Positions 33,808 through 44,780 are shown, numbered from the stretch's first letter. The stretch: DNA of 64,000 nt from Verrucomicrobiia bacterium (GCA_963664225.1 OY760937.1:5536001-5600000), one strand, 5' to 3'. Numbers and translations are program-made. The notes: a model not told the origin generated them from the sequence alone.

Positions 33808-33980
33808 GCTCTCCCCGCTCGTGCCTCGCTGGGCGAGCAGGTGGAGCGCGTGTTTCGCAAGTTTTTGGCAATTGGACGCATGAAGGCTGAAGAGATCGCG
33901 GATGGCGTGCCGGGGACTGCCAAGCCCATGTGCTTCCATGCCGTTTTAAGGCCTTTTTCGGCTTTCTGAAGGATTTGGCC
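33808..33980 (+). repeat. Degenerate REP-like repeat, copy 1 (upstream of ftsH)
   Basis: CTCTCCCCGCTCGTGCC and CCCATGTGCTTCCATGCCGTTTTAAGGCCTTTTTCGGC blocks recur at 36159-36300. Confidence 0.65.
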
Positions 33981-34015
33981 GAGCGCCACGAGTCAGGCAA
34001 AAAGTCATATCTGGG

Positions 34016-34044
34016 TTGCAGTCCATCATGGCGCGTGTTAGCTT
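34016..34044 (+). promoter_or_regulatory. Candidate sigma70 promoter of ftsH
   Basis: TTGCAG, 17 bp, TAGCTT with a TGn extended -10. Confidence 0.45.
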
Positions 34045-34062
34045 CGCTCAAATTCTATTAAG

Positions 34063-36072
34063 ATGTCAGACGATAATAAAAACGAATTACGGAGCGAAAA
34101 ACGTAATAGCGATGGGAAAATACCGCCTCGTGGGTGGATTTTGCTTATCGCGGCGCTGGGTTTGATCCCGTTAATGATGATTTTACGGGATCACGCGGAA
34201 AGCCGTCAAAAGCCCATCAGCCACCAGGAGTTTGTAAATCTCGTCAAGAACGGCCAGGTCACTGAAGGCATCATCAATTACAATCCGCAGTCGCCTGACC
34301 TGAAGGAGATCACCGGCAAGTATCATCCGTCCAAGACGACGGAGGATGTCGCGCCATTCAAGCTCAAGACCTTTCTGACGCCGGAATTGACGGATCAGCT
34401 CCTGAACACAGGCAAATTTCGCACTGCAGAACCGAACACATTGCTGATTGGTTTTCTCTACACAGTTGCGCCGATTGTGCTTGTGGCGGTCATTATTTAT
34501 TTCTTTCTGATCCGGCAGATTCGCAGTGCCGGGAAGGGAGCGTTGAGCTTTGGAAAGAGCAAGGCGCGCCTGATGAGCAAGGACAAGAACAAGCTGACAT
34601 TCAAAGACGTGGCCGGGGTGGAGGAAGCCAAGGATGAAGTGTCTGAACTGGTTGAATTTTTGAAGGATCCGAAGAAGTTTCAAAAGCTAGGCGGGCGCAT
34701 CCCCAAAGGCATATTGATGATTGGGCCGCCGGGAACGGGCAAAACGTTGCTGGCAAGAGCCATTGCCGGAGAGGCGGATGCCTCATTCTTCAGCATCAGC
34801 GGTTCGGATTTCGTGGAAATGTTCGTGGGTGTGGGCGCCAGCCGCGTGCGCGACATGTTTGAGCAGGCTCGCCGAAGCACGCCATGCCTGGTGTTCATTG
34901 ATGAAATCGATGCTGTGGGTCGGAGTCGTGGACACGGCCTGGGTGGTGGCAATGACGAACGCGAGCAGACGCTGAATGCCTTGCTGGTGGAAATGGACGG
35001 TTTCGATACGCAGGAAGGAATCATTATCATTGCTGCGACCAATCGGCCGGACGTTCTCGATCCCGCCTTGCTGCGGCCGGGACGTTTCGATCGTCAGATT
35101 ATTGTTAATTTGCCCGATGTTCGCGGACGCGAAGCGATTCTCAAGGTACATGCGAAAAAGGTGAAGCTCGATCCGGCATCGGATCTGTCGGTTATCGCGA
35201 GGGCCACGCCCGGGTATTCGGGGGCGGAACTAGCTAATTTGCTCAATGAAGCCGCATTGCAGGCGGCCCGACAAAACAAGAAGGCCATTGGAATGGTTGA
35301 GCTGGAGGAAGCCCGCATCAAAGTGCGCTGGGGCCGGGAGCGGCGCAGTCTTGCCATGACCGATGAGGACAAGAAGCGCACGGCATGGCATGAGGCTGGG
35401 CACGCCCTGGTCAACGTATTGCTCAAGCACACCAGTCCATTGCACAAGGTGACGATCATACCCCGCGGGCAGTCCCTGGGGTCCACCATGTCGCTCCCCA
35501 AGGAGGAGATGTGGAATCGGCAGCGCAAAGAAATGCTCGATATGATCGCGATGGGCATGGCGGGACGCATCGCCGAGGAAGTTTTTTCCAACGATATTTC
35601 CACGGGCGCCAGCGGGGATATTCAAATGTCCACGCAATTGGCGCGAGCGATGGTCTGCCATTACGGAATGAGTGAGAAGCTGGGGATGGTCCAATATGGA
35701 GAAGACAGCGAGTTTGTGTTCCTGGGCCGTGAGATGGTGCGATCCAAGGAATACAGCGAGAGCACATCGGAAATGATCGACTTCGAAGTGAAGCGATTGA
35801 TTGATGAAGGCTATGCCCGGGCGAAGAAGCTCATTGAAGACAATCGAGACAAATTGGAATTGGTCGCTCAAGCCCTTCTGGAATATGAAACTTTGGATGG
35901 GAGCCAGGTTGAGGACATCGTGAAGACTGGCAAATTCACGCCTCCTCCCGTTCCCCCTGTGATCGATCCGCCATCGGGTGCGCTTGCCGCAACTCCTTTG
36001 GGGGATGCAACGAAGCCTGCAAAACCGAAGATCGATCCAGGATTGGCTGCGCCAGAGCCTGCCGCAGTTTGA
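34063..36072 (+). CDS. ftsH: ATP-dependent zinc metalloprotease FtsH
   Basis: Two TM segments, Walker [39 protein letters not shown] zinc motif. Confidence 0.98.
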   Translation: MSDDNKNELRSEKRNSDGKIPPRGWILLIAALGLIPLMMILRDHAESRQKPISHQEFVNLVKNGQVTEGIINYNPQSPDLKEITGKYHPSKTTEDVAPFKLKTFLTPELTDQLLNTGKFRTAEPNTLLIGFLYTVAPIVLVAVIIYFFLIRQIRSAGKGALSFGKSKARLMSKDKNKLTFKDVAGVEEAKDEVSELVEFLKDPKKFQKLGGRIPKGILMIGPPGTGKTLLARAIAGEADASFFSISGSDFVEMFVGVGASRVRDMFEQARRSTPCLVFIDEIDAVGRSRGHGLGGGNDEREQTLNALLVEMDGFDTQEGIIIIAATNRPDVLDPALLRPGRFDRQIIVNLPDVRGREAILKVHAKKVKLDPASDLSVIARATPGYSGAELANLLNEAALQAARQNKKAIGMVELEEARIKVRWGRERRSLAMTDEDKKRTAWHEAGHALVNVLLKHTSPLHKVTIIPRGQSLGSTMSLPKEEMWNRQRKEMLDMIAMGMAGRIAEEVFSNDISTGASGDIQMSTQLARAMVCHYGMSEKLGMVQYGEDSEFVFLGREMVRSKEYSESTSEMIDFEVKRLIDEGYARAKKLIEDNRDKLELVAQALLEYETLDGSQVEDIVKTGKFTPPPVPPVIDPPSGALAATPLGDATKPAKPKIDPGLAAPEPAAV

Positions 36073-36143
36073 AATTACGGCGATCGAGAGAGCTGGGTGC
36101 ATGACAAAATTCTTCGGCAAGGAAGCAAGGCCTATAAAATGAG

Positions 36144-36300
36144 CCCCTCTCTCCGGCTCTCTCCCCGCTCGTGCCAATTCAGGTTTTGGGGCGAGAGAGA
36201 AGAATTGCACGTTCAATTCTTTGGGCCGACTGTGTTAATTCGTCCTATGTGCTTTCATGGCGTTTTGGAGCCTTTTTCGGCATGCTGGAGAAATTTGTCC
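36144..36300 (+). repeat. Degenerate REP-like repeat, copy 2 (downstream of ftsH)
   Basis: CCCCTCTCTCCGGCTCTCTCCCCGCTCGTGCC...GGGGCGAGAGAG and CCTATGTGCTTTCATGGCGTTTTGGAGCCTTTTTCGGC. Confidence 0.65.
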
Positions 36301-36540
36301 TGCCACCTGAGGGAGTTGATGGATCTGTGGCGTTTCAGGGCCGCATTGTGTTGAGCGCATAGGAACCTGAGTGGACCATTTGTCTTGAGGATAACCCGTT
36401 TTTTTTGAATTTCAGCCGCAATGGGTGTGGTTTGGTGTGGTTTTTCTTGCCTGCGATTTGGAATCGGGCATATTTGACGCAGGTTGAGATGGTTGTCGTC
36501 TCATCCTTGAAAGACCGGCAAGTGCCAGGTCTGACGGTTT

Positions 36541-36617
36541 GCGCGAGTAGCTCAATTGGATAGAGTGACGGCCTCCGAAGCCGCAGGTTGTGGGTTCAAT
36601 TCCCGCCTCGCGCACCA
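36541..36617 (+). tRNA. tRNA-Arg(CCG)
   Basis: GCGCGAG acceptor stem pairs with CTCGCGC; D-arm AGCTCAATTGGATAGAG; anticodon loop CT-CCG-AA; GGTTCAATTCC T-arm; encoded CCA. Confidence 0.95.
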
Positions 36618-36808
36618 CTTCTTTTGATGAATTCCGGGACGGCCATGGCCGGGGCGTCATTCTCCAACACTACCGTGCCCCAACCTTTGAGGGTGGCCCG
36701 CTACAACCCAACGCCGTCGCGAATCCCTGCACGGAGGCATTATCTTAAAGAAAAGATGGTTTTTGGAATAAGCGAGGCCAAAAAGTGACAAAATGATTGT
36801 GTAGCTAC

Positions 36809-36842
36809 TTGACAGAATGAGTTTTGCTTTTAGTTTGGGCCG
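36809..36842 (+). promoter_or_regulatory. Candidate promoter giving a leaderless mRNA
   Basis: TTGACA (36809-14), 16 bp, TAGTTT (36831-36), 6 nt, ATG 36843. Confidence 0.5.
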
Positions 36843-37130
36843 ATGGCAAAACTGCCTCACAAGAATAATAAAAGCGGACGGTCCATGCTTTTGGGTATAG
36901 GTTTGGACACTGATGGGCATAAACGGGTTACAACCGGACCTAATTTTTTGCTGGCTGGCGGCACCAAGGAAACGCATGAGGTGATGACCGAGAAGGTCAT
37001 CAAGATTAATGAGAAGCTTACAGCTCGCGGAAAAACGCTCGAAACGATAGGCCATACGGAATTTGAAGATATTGCCCATGATGTCGGCTTGCGACGTCCC
37101 GAAGCGACGGGGCCTGATGCCAATAGGTAA
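36843..37130 (+). CDS. Small hypothetical protein
   Basis: 95 aa, globular-looking (LLGIGLDTDGHKRVTTGPNFLLAGGTKETHE), with a promoter immediately upstream. Confidence 0.7.
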   Translation: MAKLPHKNNKSGRSMLLGIGLDTDGHKRVTTGPNFLLAGGTKETHEVMTEKVIKINEKLTARGKTLETIGHTEFEDIAHDVGLRRPEATGPDANR

Positions 37131-37155
37131 GAACTGGTAAGAATTGGTAAGAGTT
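37126..37155 (+). repeat. 3 x 10-bp tandem repeat GGTAAGA(A/G)(C/T)T
   Basis: GGTAAGAACT GGTAAGAATT GGTAAGAGTT read directly. Confidence 0.85.
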
Positions 37156-37238
37156 GCCTGCGTGGCGGGTCCTCTGGCGACACCCGTGTGGGGTTTTCGG
37201 AGTTGGAATTTGGGATTGCGGTTGTTTGGGATTGAATT

Positions 37239-37619
37239 ATGACGGGATCGATTGGACATACACTCCAGTTTTTGGCGGTTTTTCTGGTCATCGCGGTTTC
37301 GTTTCCCCTGATCCCGATATTGCTGGCGCGGATTTGGGCCAACCTGTTTTCCCCGGGGAAACCCAGTTCCCGAAAGAATGCCATCTATGAGTGCGGGTTG
37401 GAATCCAAAGGGGATGCCTGGATTCAATATCAATCGCAGTATTATGTGTACGCGATTTTATTTCTGGTCTTCGATGTGGAATCCATTTTTCTGATACCTT
37501 TTGGGGTCGCTTTTCTGGAGCTTCCGGCCGGTGCGGTCGTCGCAATGCTCGTTTTTGTGCTATTATTGTTCGAGGGTCTTGCCTGGGCCTGGATGAAGGG
37601 TGTGTTGAACTGGAAGTAA
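37239..37619 (+). CDS. nuoA: NADH-quinone oxidoreductase subunit A
   Basis: YECG, YYVYAILFLVFDVE, WMKGVLNW. Confidence 0.95.
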   Translation: MTGSIGHTLQFLAVFLVIAVSFPLIPILLARIWANLFSPGKPSSRKNAIYECGLESKGDAWIQYQSQYYVYAILFLVFDVESIFLIPFGVAFLELPAGAVVAMLVFVLLLFEGLAWAWMKGVLNWK

Positions 37620-37625
37620 GTCATT

Positions 37626-38240
37626 ATGGACGAACGCTTGCGAAGCGAGCTCAGTCGGCAGGGGATCATAACGATTAAGATGGAGACCCTGTATAATTGG
37701 GGTCGAAAGAACTCCCTCTGGCCGCTTGGATTCGGACTGGCCTGTTGCGCAATTGAGATGATTGCGGCATCGATGGCGCGGTTTGATTTGTCGCGATTTG
37801 GCGCGGAGGTGTTCCGCCCGTCCCCGAGGCAGGCGGATTTAATGATCGTGGCCGGGACGGTGACCAAGAAAATGGCGCCGCAGGTAGTGCGACTTTATAA
37901 TCAAATGCCCGAGCCGAAATACGTGATTGCGATGGGCGCGTGCGCGATTTCAGGGGGGCCATTCAAGCAGGGTTACAATGTCCTCAAGGGAATAGACCGG
38001 TACATACCCGTGGATGTGCATATACCGGGATGCCCGCCCAAACCGGAAGCCGTCATACAGGGTTTGATGCTTTTGCAGGAGATGATCGACGGACAGAAAT
38101 TGACCGGACCGGACCGTCCGCGTTTTTTGAAGAAAAGCGAACCTTCTGATTATGATGTGCCGGTCGAGGGAGCGCATGATCTTGTGCCGCCGTACAATGC
38201 GGCGGTGTGGCGTCCGCCTAAAATTACGATTGATGAATAA
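37626..38240 (+). CDS. nuoB: NADH-quinone oxidoreductase subunit B
   Basis: [32 protein letters not shown]. Confidence 0.97.
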   Translation: MDERLRSELSRQGIITIKMETLYNWGRKNSLWPLGFGLACCAIEMIAASMARFDLSRFGAEVFRPSPRQADLMIVAGTVTKKMAPQVVRLYNQMPEPKYVIAMGACAISGGPFKQGYNVLKGIDRYIPVDVHIPGCPPKPEAVIQGLMLLQEMIDGQKLTGPDRPRFLKKSEPSDYDVPVEGAHDLVPPYNAAVWRPPKITIDE

Positions 38241-38878
38241 TGGAGTCACTCGAACAAATCAAAGCGCGGGTTGAACAGGCGGTTCCGGGAGCCCTATTGG
38301 AGATCCTTCCCAACGGCAGTCCTGGAAATCCTGCGTCAATGCGGGCGGATGCGGAGCATGCATTGGCCGTGGCGCGTTTTTTGAGGGATGATGGACAATT
38401 GCGATTGGATTATGCCTCGAACGTGACGGGTGTCGATTGGCCGGACAAAGTTGTGCAGCAAACCGTGAAGGTGCTGAAGAGTGTGGATGGGGTGGAAAAG
38501 GAATTTGACTCCAAGGTGGAGACGCGGCAACCGGGTTTTTTGGAGGCGGTTTATCACCTTTACTCGATGGAACTCAAGCACGGCCCGCTTGTTTTGAGGA
38601 TGCGCACGGTCAATCGAGGGGATCAGACGCATCTGCCTTCGCTGACACCGCTGTATCGCAGCGCGGATTTTCAGGAGCGGGAGATTTACGATTTGTATGG
38701 GATTATTTTTGATGGGCATCCGGATTTGCGACGGTTACTGATGTGGGAAGGATTTGAGGATTTCCCCATGCGCAAGGACTACGTGGAGCCGGACGATTAC
38801 GAGTTTGAGCCCACAGCGCACAACCAGGTGTTGGAAAAGGCTAGAAAACATTATCCACCGAAGGCCTCCAATGGCTGA
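38240..38878 (+). CDS. nuoC: NADH-quinone oxidoreductase subunit C
   Basis: [22 protein letters not shown]...PMRKDY. Confidence 0.95.
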   Translation: MESLEQIKARVEQAVPGALLEILPNGSPGNPASMRADAEHALAVARFLRDDGQLRLDYASNVTGVDWPDKVVQQTVKVLKSVDGVEKEFDSKVETRQPGFLEAVYHLYSMELKHGPLVLRMRTVNRGDQTHLPSLTPLYRSADFQEREIYDLYGIIFDGHPDLRRLLMWEGFEDFPMRKDYVEPDDYEFEPTAHNQVLEKARKHYPPKASNG

Positions 38879-40082
38879 TATTGGAATAGAGAACGCGGGC
38901 GGGATTCTGGACTCAGGCGAGGGCATGGGTGTAGGCGTTGGCGTGGGCTATCGGCTTTTTCCAAAGGAATCGGCTGAGGACGAGGGGCGTTTCCTGGAGG
39001 TATCGATGGGGCCGCAGCATCCTTCAACGCATGGCGTTTTCCGAATGGATGTTCTTCTGGACGGGGAAACCGTGGTGCGGCTTAAACCGGTCTTCGGCTA
39101 TCTGCATCGCAACCATGAAAAGATCGCGGAAGGCACAAGCTATCTGGGCTCGATGCCGTACACGGACCGGCTCGATTATTTCAATTCGATGACGAATAAT
39201 TGGGCTTACGCGCTTGCGGTGGAGAAACTGGCGGGGATCAGCGTGCCGGAGCGTGCCGAATACATCCGGGTGATCACCGCGGAATTGTCGCGATTGCAGA
39301 ACCACGCCACGCTCATGGGTTTTCTGCTGCAGGACCTTGGCGCGATGGGGACGCCTTTGATGTATGCTTTTCGCGAACGGGAAAAAATCTTGGATTTATT
39401 CGAGGCGGTGAGCGGTTCCCGGATGATGTGCAATTACATGCGTTTCGGGGGATGCCGGGTGGATTTGCCCTCGGGATGGCTGGAGGAGACCGCGCGGCTG
39501 GTCGAAGAGTTCCCGGAGTTTTTGGATGAATTCGAAGCGTTGCTGGTGGAAAACGAAATCATCATGGCGCGGTTGCAGGGTGTGGGGGTGCTGTCGCGGG
39601 AATTAGCCGTCAATGCGGGGATCTCAGGGCCGATGTTGCGTGCCAGCGGTGTGAATTATGACATCCGCAAGGTGGATCATTATGGGATTTATGATCGCTT
39701 TGAATTCCGGGTGCCTTTGGGCGCGCATGGCGACTGCTACGACCGTTTCATGATGCGGTCGCTGGAAATGCGCGAATCGATCAAAATACTCCAACAGGCG
39801 CTGAAGCAAATTCCACAAGGGCCGGTGATCGATCCGAAGGTGAAGATTCGCAATTTCAAACCCAAGCCAGGAGAAGCGTATGGGCGAATTGAAGGACCCA
39901 AGGGCGAGCTTGGTTTTTACCTGATCAGCGATGGATCGGTCAGTCCATACCGGTATCGTGTGCGCCCGCCGAGCCTGATCAATTTAACGGTGCTGGAGGA
40001 TCTTTGCATCGGACGCAAGGTGGCGGACGTCATTGTGATTTTGGGCAGTGTGGATATTGTCCTCGGGGAGGTGGACCGCTGA
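38871..40082 (+). CDS. nuoD: NADH-quinone oxidoreductase subunit D
   Basis: [28 protein letters not shown]-terminal DIVLGEVDR; no NiFe CxxC motifs. Confidence 0.95.
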   Translation: MADIGIENAGGILDSGEGMGVGVGVGYRLFPKESAEDEGRFLEVSMGPQHPSTHGVFRMDVLLDGETVVRLKPVFGYLHRNHEKIAEGTSYLGSMPYTDRLDYFNSMTNNWAYALAVEKLAGISVPERAEYIRVITAELSRLQNHATLMGFLLQDLGAMGTPLMYAFREREKILDLFEAVSGSRMMCNYMRFGGCRVDLPSGWLEETARLVEEFPEFLDEFEALLVENEIIMARLQGVGVLSRELAVNAGISGPMLRASGVNYDIRKVDHYGIYDRFEFRVPLGAHGDCYDRFMMRSLEMRESIKILQQALKQIPQGPVIDPKVKIRNFKPKPGEAYGRIEGPKGELGFYLISDGSVSPYRYRVRPPSLINLTVLEDLCIGRKVADVIVILGSVDIVLGEVDR

Positions 40083-40093
40083 GGCGGTGAGGT

Positions 40094-40657
40094 ATGTTCG
40101 GCAAAGGCATCATCAAGGGATTCATTGAAACGGCGCGCAATTTTGTGGGCAGCTACCACGATCCCGCGCGGATGGTGACCATGCAGTATCCAGAGGAGAA
40201 GCGGGCGCTTCCGGAGAACAGCCGCAATTTTCCATTTTTGGTTTTCGACGGGGACGATCCGATCAAAGGTCTGCGTTGCGTGTCGTGCAAAATATGTGAA
40301 AAAGAGTGTCCACCCCAGTGCATTTATATTGTCAACGAAAGAGATGAAAGAGGCAAACCGCTCAAGCATCCGAAGATATTCGATATCGACATCTCGGTGT
40401 GCATGAGCTGTCAGATATGCGTGGAGGTGTGTCCGTTCGATTCGATTAAAATGGATCAGGCCTACGAATTGAGCGCCACAGAGCGTTTTAAAAAACTCAT
40501 ACTGGATAAAAAGGCCCTTTCAAAATCCAACGAGTATTACCATCAGATCCATCCGACAGAGGCTGATGCGGTGGATGCCATATTGGAAGCGGAACGCAAA
40601 CAGCATGAGGCGAAGAAAAGTGCCGCGCCGTCCGCAACCACACCTCCCAAACCATGA
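40094..40657 (+). CDS. nuoI: NADH-quinone oxidoreductase subunit I
   Basis: TMQYPEE; two 4Fe-4S motifs CVSCKICEKECP and CMSCQICVEVCP. Confidence 0.93.
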   Translation: MFGKGIIKGFIETARNFVGSYHDPARMVTMQYPEEKRALPENSRNFPFLVFDGDDPIKGLRCVSCKICEKECPPQCIYIVNERDERGKPLKHPKIFDIDISVCMSCQICVEVCPFDSIKMDQAYELSATERFKKLILDKKALSKSNEYYHQIHPTEADAVDAILEAERKQHEAKKSAAPSATTPPKP

Positions 40658-41871
40658 CGAACTCAGGACTGACGGCGATTTTTCTTTGGGCGGGCCTGGA
40701 ACAGGGATTGGGAAAACTGTTGGACAGCGGCTTGAACCTGTTGCCGCCGGCCTGGCGCTCCTGGGCGTTGATCGTGGTTTTAGTGAGCGTGCTGCTCGGA
40801 GTATTTGCGTCGCTTTTTGCGTTGAGCACCTTGCTGGAGAGGAAAGGCCTAGGACGCATGCAAAACCGGCTTGGGCCCAATCGCGTGGGACCGTATGGGC
40901 TGTTTCAACCTGTGGCCGATGGCATCAAAATGCTGACCAAGGAAGACATTGTGCCAACGGGTGCGGACGGTGTGGTGCATTTCCTGGCTCCGATCGTTTT
41001 ATTTGCGCCGCTGACGCTGGCGTTTGCTGTTCTGCCTTATGGCAGGCATTGGGTGCCGCTGAACCTGGATGCGGGGCTGCTCTTCTTTTTCGCAGCGGGC
41101 TCCGCGTCTGAACTGGCGGCGTTCATGGCCGGGTGGTCCAGCCGGAATAAATATTCGCTGCTCGGGGGCATGCGAGCCATTGCCCAGATGATCAGTTTTG
41201 AGATGCCCTTGGTGGTGGCCTCGTTGTCAGTGGTGATGATTTCGGGAACGATGTCCCTTTCCGCCATTGTGGAACGGCAAGAGGCCTGGCTGTGGATTTT
41301 CCCAAAGTGGAATGTTTTCACGCCATGGGGTCTGGCTGGATTTGCATTGTTTATTGTCGCGGCCATGGCAGAGACGAATCGCTCCCCGTTCGATCTGCCT
41401 GAAGGCGAATCGGAGATCATTGGCGGGTTCATGACTGAATACTCGGGCTTCAAATACGCGGTGTTTTTCATGGGTGAGTATTTTGGAATGTTCGCGGTGA
41501 GCGGATTGGCGGTGACGCTATTTTTGGGGGGATGGAATGCACCGCTGTCGTTCCTGCCGGCGTCGTTTATCTGGTTCTTCGCGAAATTGATGGCGCTGGT
41601 GCTGGTGTTCATCTGGGTGCGAGGAACGTTGCCGCGCGTGCGTGCGGATCAGTTGATGAACCTGGCGTGGAAATATTTGTTTCCCATGTCCTTGTTAAAT
41701 TTGGTTGCGGCGGCACTATGGCATTACACAGCAATATGGCAGATGCCGGGTGGGTTGGTGTTACGCTGGATTGTGTGCTTTGCGGCCATCGCGGTTCCCT
41801 GCATGGGTCTGGCGCGAGCCATGATGAGCCGCCATCAATGGGCACCACGGGTGTATCAATTTGGAGACTGA
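40654..41871 (+). CDS. nuoH: NADH-quinone oxidoreductase subunit H
   Basis: ERKGLGRMQNRLGPNRVG, ADGIKMLTKE, AETNRSPFDLPEGESE, TEYSG, LPRVRADQ. Confidence 0.96.
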   Translation: MTNSGLTAIFLWAGLEQGLGKLLDSGLNLLPPAWRSWALIVVLVSVLLGVFASLFALSTLLERKGLGRMQNRLGPNRVGPYGLFQPVADGIKMLTKEDIVPTGADGVVHFLAPIVLFAPLTLAFAVLPYGRHWVPLNLDAGLLFFFAAGSASELAAFMAGWSSRNKYSLLGGMRAIAQMISFEMPLVVASLSVVMISGTMSLSAIVERQEAWLWIFPKWNVFTPWGLAGFALFIVAAMAETNRSPFDLPEGESEIIGGFMTEYSGFKYAVFFMGEYFGMFAVSGLAVTLFLGGWNAPLSFLPASFIWFFAKLMALVLVFIWVRGTLPRVRADQLMNLAWKYLFPMSLLNLVAAALWHYTAIWQMPGGLVLRWIVCFAAIAVPCMGLARAMMSRHQWAPRVYQFGD

Positions 41872-42362
41872 TGCAAATCGCTTATTACATATTGGGAGTA
41901 TTGGTGATTGTGGGCGCCATTGCGGCGGTTTCGCTGCGAAAACCCATTCATTGCGCGCTGAGCCTGGCAGTTTCGCTGGCGGCGGTGGCGGGACATTTTG
42001 TTCTGCTCGGGGCGGAGTTTGTGGGGTTTGCGCAAATCCTGGTTTATGTTGGCGCGGTCGCGGTTCTCATGGTTTTTGTGATTTTATTGACCCGCGAGAA
42101 CACGCCGGGGGAGGGATTGGGCGTCGGACGGTGGATGATTGGCGCGGGAATCGCGGCGGGGGTGTTCGGCGTTCTGGCGGCATGCGCACTGGCATCCAAG
42201 ACGGTTTGGAACCCGGGGGTTCAACCCGAGGCGACTGCGCGAAGAATCGGCGAGCAGTTGATGAGCACCTATGTGTTGCCGATGGAAGCGCTGGGATTGT
42301 TGCTGACGGTTGCGGCGATTGGGGCGGTGGTGGTGGCAATGCAGGACAAAAAGCGAATATGA
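41871..42362 (+). CDS. nuoJ: NADH-quinone oxidoreductase subunit J
   Basis: AEFVGFAQILVYVGAVAVL; ATG 41871 overlaps the nuoH stop. Confidence 0.92.
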   Translation: MQIAYYILGVLVIVGAIAAVSLRKPIHCALSLAVSLAAVAGHFVLLGAEFVGFAQILVYVGAVAVLMVFVILLTRENTPGEGLGVGRWMIGAGIAAGVFGVLAACALASKTVWNPGVQPEATARRIGEQLMSTYVLPMEALGLLLTVAAIGAVVVAMQDKKRI

Positions 42363-42670
42363 TTTCGATCACGCATTATATAATTTTGTCGTCGGCGCTT
42401 TTTTGCGTCGGGCTGGCTGGCGTATTGAGTCGGCGCAATGCGATTGTGGTGTTGATCGGAATCGAACTGATGCTCAACGCAGGGAATCTGAACTTCATTG
42501 CATTCTGGCGGTTTGGGCCCAATCCCCAGCCATTGGCCGGGGTGATGTTTGCCATTTTTTCCATCGCCATTGCGGCGGCGGAAGCAGCGGTGGGACTGGC
42601 GCTGATCATGGCCATGTACCGCCATTTCAAGACAACGAATCTGGATAAATTAAGCTCATTGAAGGGATGA
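42359..42670 (+). CDS. nuoK: NADH-quinone oxidoreductase subunit K
   Basis: RRNAIVVLIGIELMLNA, AAAEAAVGLA; ATGA overlap. Confidence 0.95.
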   Translation: MISITHYIILSSALFCVGLAGVLSRRNAIVVLIGIELMLNAGNLNFIAFWRFGPNPQPLAGVMFAIFSIAIAAAEAAVGLALIMAMYRHFKTTNLDKLSSLKG

Positions 42671-42677
42671 AGGCTCG

Positions 42678-44780
42678 ATGAGGTGGATTGTTCACAACCT
42701 GTGGTTGATACCCGCCATACCGCTGGCGGCTGCAGCGCTCATATCTGTCACGCGCAAGGAGCGCAAGCAGATGGCGATTGCTTGGTCCATAGGGGCCATG
42801 GCGCTCAGCCTGCTGCTCTCCGTGGCGGCGTTTGTGCAGACCCTCGGAGACACCGGGCATGGCGGGGTGTTTCGCGAGGTATTCAATTTTCGATGGTTCG
42901 AATTTGGAACCACCGGCGTATCGCTGGGGTGGGTGCTGGATCCTTTGACCGCATCCATGGTGGTCATGGTGTCATTCGTCAGCCTGCTGATCTTTATCTA
43001 TAGCGCGGGCTACATGGCGCATGATGAAAACATCACGCGATTCTTTGGTTTCCTATCGTTGTTTGGCGCGGCGATGCTTGGATTGGTGATCGCGAACAGC
43101 CTGCTGTTGCTTTTCATGTGCTGGGAACTGGTGGGGCTTGCATCCTATCTGTTGATTGGATTCTGGTTCCATAAGCCCAGCGCGGCCGCAGCAGCCAAAA
43201 AAGCGTTCATTACCACGCGCATTGGAGATATCGCTTTTTTCGTTGGAATACTTTGGTTGTATGCGGGTTCCGGCACGCTGCTTTTTTACGATCAAGGCAA
43301 CGGATGTCTGGAGCAATCCGCACTTGAAAGGCTGATTGTTCAAACCACGTTTGAAGGAATGGCCGTTTCCACGGCGATCGGACTATTGATCTTTTGTGGG
43401 GCGGCGGGCAAGTCCGGTCAGGTGCCGCTGCATGTGTGGCTGCCGGATGCCATGGAAGGCCCCACACCGGTGAGCGCCCTGATCCATGCGGCAACGATGG
43501 TGGCCGCCGGTGTGTTTTTGGTGGCCCGGGTGTATCCATTGCTGGAAGTGGATCTGGGCAATGGAATCGGGCAGGGGGCCGCGTTATCCGTCATCGCCTG
43601 GGTGGGGGCGGTCACGGCGGTTTTTGCGGCACTCATCGCGGTGGCCCAAACCGATATCAAACGCATTCTGGCCTATTCGACGGTTTCACAACTGGGTTAC
43701 ATGATGCTGGCGCTGGGAGTGGGCGGTTACGTGGCCGGGGTATTTCATTTGCTCACGCATGCTTTTTTCAAGGCGTTGTTGTTCCTTGGCGCGGGCTCGG
43801 TGATTCATGGTTGCCACGAAGAACAGGACATACGCCAAATGGGCGGGCTGCGTCGGTTAATGCCGGTCACATTTGCGACCTACGCCATCGGCATGATGGC
43901 CCTGGCGGGCATACCGGTGTTCTTCTCGGGGTTCTGGTCGAAGGACGAAATTCTGCATTCGGCTTATGAATGGCCCCTGTCGCATGGACCGTTTCTGCTG
44001 GGATTGGCTGGGGCTTTTCTGACTGCCTTCTACATGACGAGGCAGATGAGCTTTGTGTTTTTCGGGGAATATCGTGGCGAGAGCGCAGCCGGGAGCGCTC
44101 ATGGAGCGGCAGCACACGCAAAAGGAGGGCATGGAAAGACGAGCCACATCCATGAAAGTCCACCGGTCATGACGGTGCCATTGCGCATACTGGCGGTGGG
44201 TGCGGTTTTACTGGGAGTGATTGGAACGCCTGCATGGCCCTGGTTTCATGGCTATTTGACGGGGCATTACGCCGCATTTGAATTTGGCCGGCTTTTCGAG
44301 GGAACCACGCTTTTAATCATGGGTTTATCGACAGTTGCGGTGGGCTTTGGAATCCTGCTGGGCTGGCGACTCTACGGACGGAAACCGTCGAAAAAGGCGA
44401 ATGACCTGGATGCGCTTGAAAAAGTGAATGCAGACGGGTTTGCATTACTGCGGGAAAAGTTCCGCGTGGATGAGATTTATGATGCCACGGTTGTGGCGGG
44501 GAATTTGGGTTTGTCGCGTTTTTGTCAATGGCTGGATGAGAGTGTTGCGACTGGCGCCGTTCGCATTGCCTCAATGTCTGTGCTGGCGCTTTCATGGTTG
44601 AACCGAAGCATTGATGAACTTTTGATTAATGGAGGATTCGATCAGGGTTGCAAAGAAGTTCGTCGAACAGCGGGTGGTGTTTCGCAATGGCAGGGCGGCC
44701 AAGTTCAAAAATACCTTTGGGTTTTGGCGCTGTCGGCAGCGGTGGTTGTGATTGCGATCGCATGGGGAGGTGGCCGATGA
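42678..44780 (+). CDS. nuoL: NADH-quinone oxidoreductase subunit L with extended lateral helix
   Basis: WELVGLASYLLIGFW, GKSGQVPLHVWLPDAMEGPTPVSALIHAATMV, HAFFKALLFL, FWSKD. Confidence 0.96.
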   Translation: MRWIVHNLWLIPAIPLAAAALISVTRKERKQMAIAWSIGAMALSLLLSVAAFVQTLGDTGHGGVFREVFNFRWFEFGTTGVSLGWVLDPLTASMVVMVSFVSLLIFIYSAGYMAHDENITRFFGFLSLFGAAMLGLVIANSLLLLFMCWELVGLASYLLIGFWFHKPSAAAAAKKAFITTRIGDIAFFVGILWLYAGSGTLLFYDQGNGCLEQSALERLIVQTTFEGMAVSTAIGLLIFCGAAGKSGQVPLHVWLPDAMEGPTPVSALIHAATMVAAGVFLVARVYPLLEVDLGNGIGQGAALSVIAWVGAVTAVFAALIAVAQTDIKRILAYSTVSQLGYMMLALGVGGYVAGVFHLLTHAFFKALLFLGAGSVIHGCHEEQDIRQMGGLRRLMPVTFATYAIGMMALAGIPVFFSGFWSKDEILHSAYEWPLSHGPFLLGLAGAFLTAFYMTRQMSFVFFGEYRGESAAGSAHGAAAHAKGGHGKTSHIHESPPVMTVPLRILAVGAVLLGVIGTPAWPWFHGYLTGHYAAFEFGRLFEGTTLLIMGLSTVAVGFGILLGWRLYGRKPSKKANDLDALEKVNADGFALLREKFRVDEIYDATVVAGNLGLSRFCQWLDESVATGAVRIASMSVLALSWLNRSIDELLINGGFDQGCKEVRRTAGGVSQWQGGQVQKYLWVLALSAAVVVIAIAWGGGR

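Noticed and set aside
37626..40082. Group 4 [NiFe]-hydrogenase
   Set aside because: The large subunit lacks both CxxC Ni-binding motifs and the small subunit has the tandem CC of NuoB.
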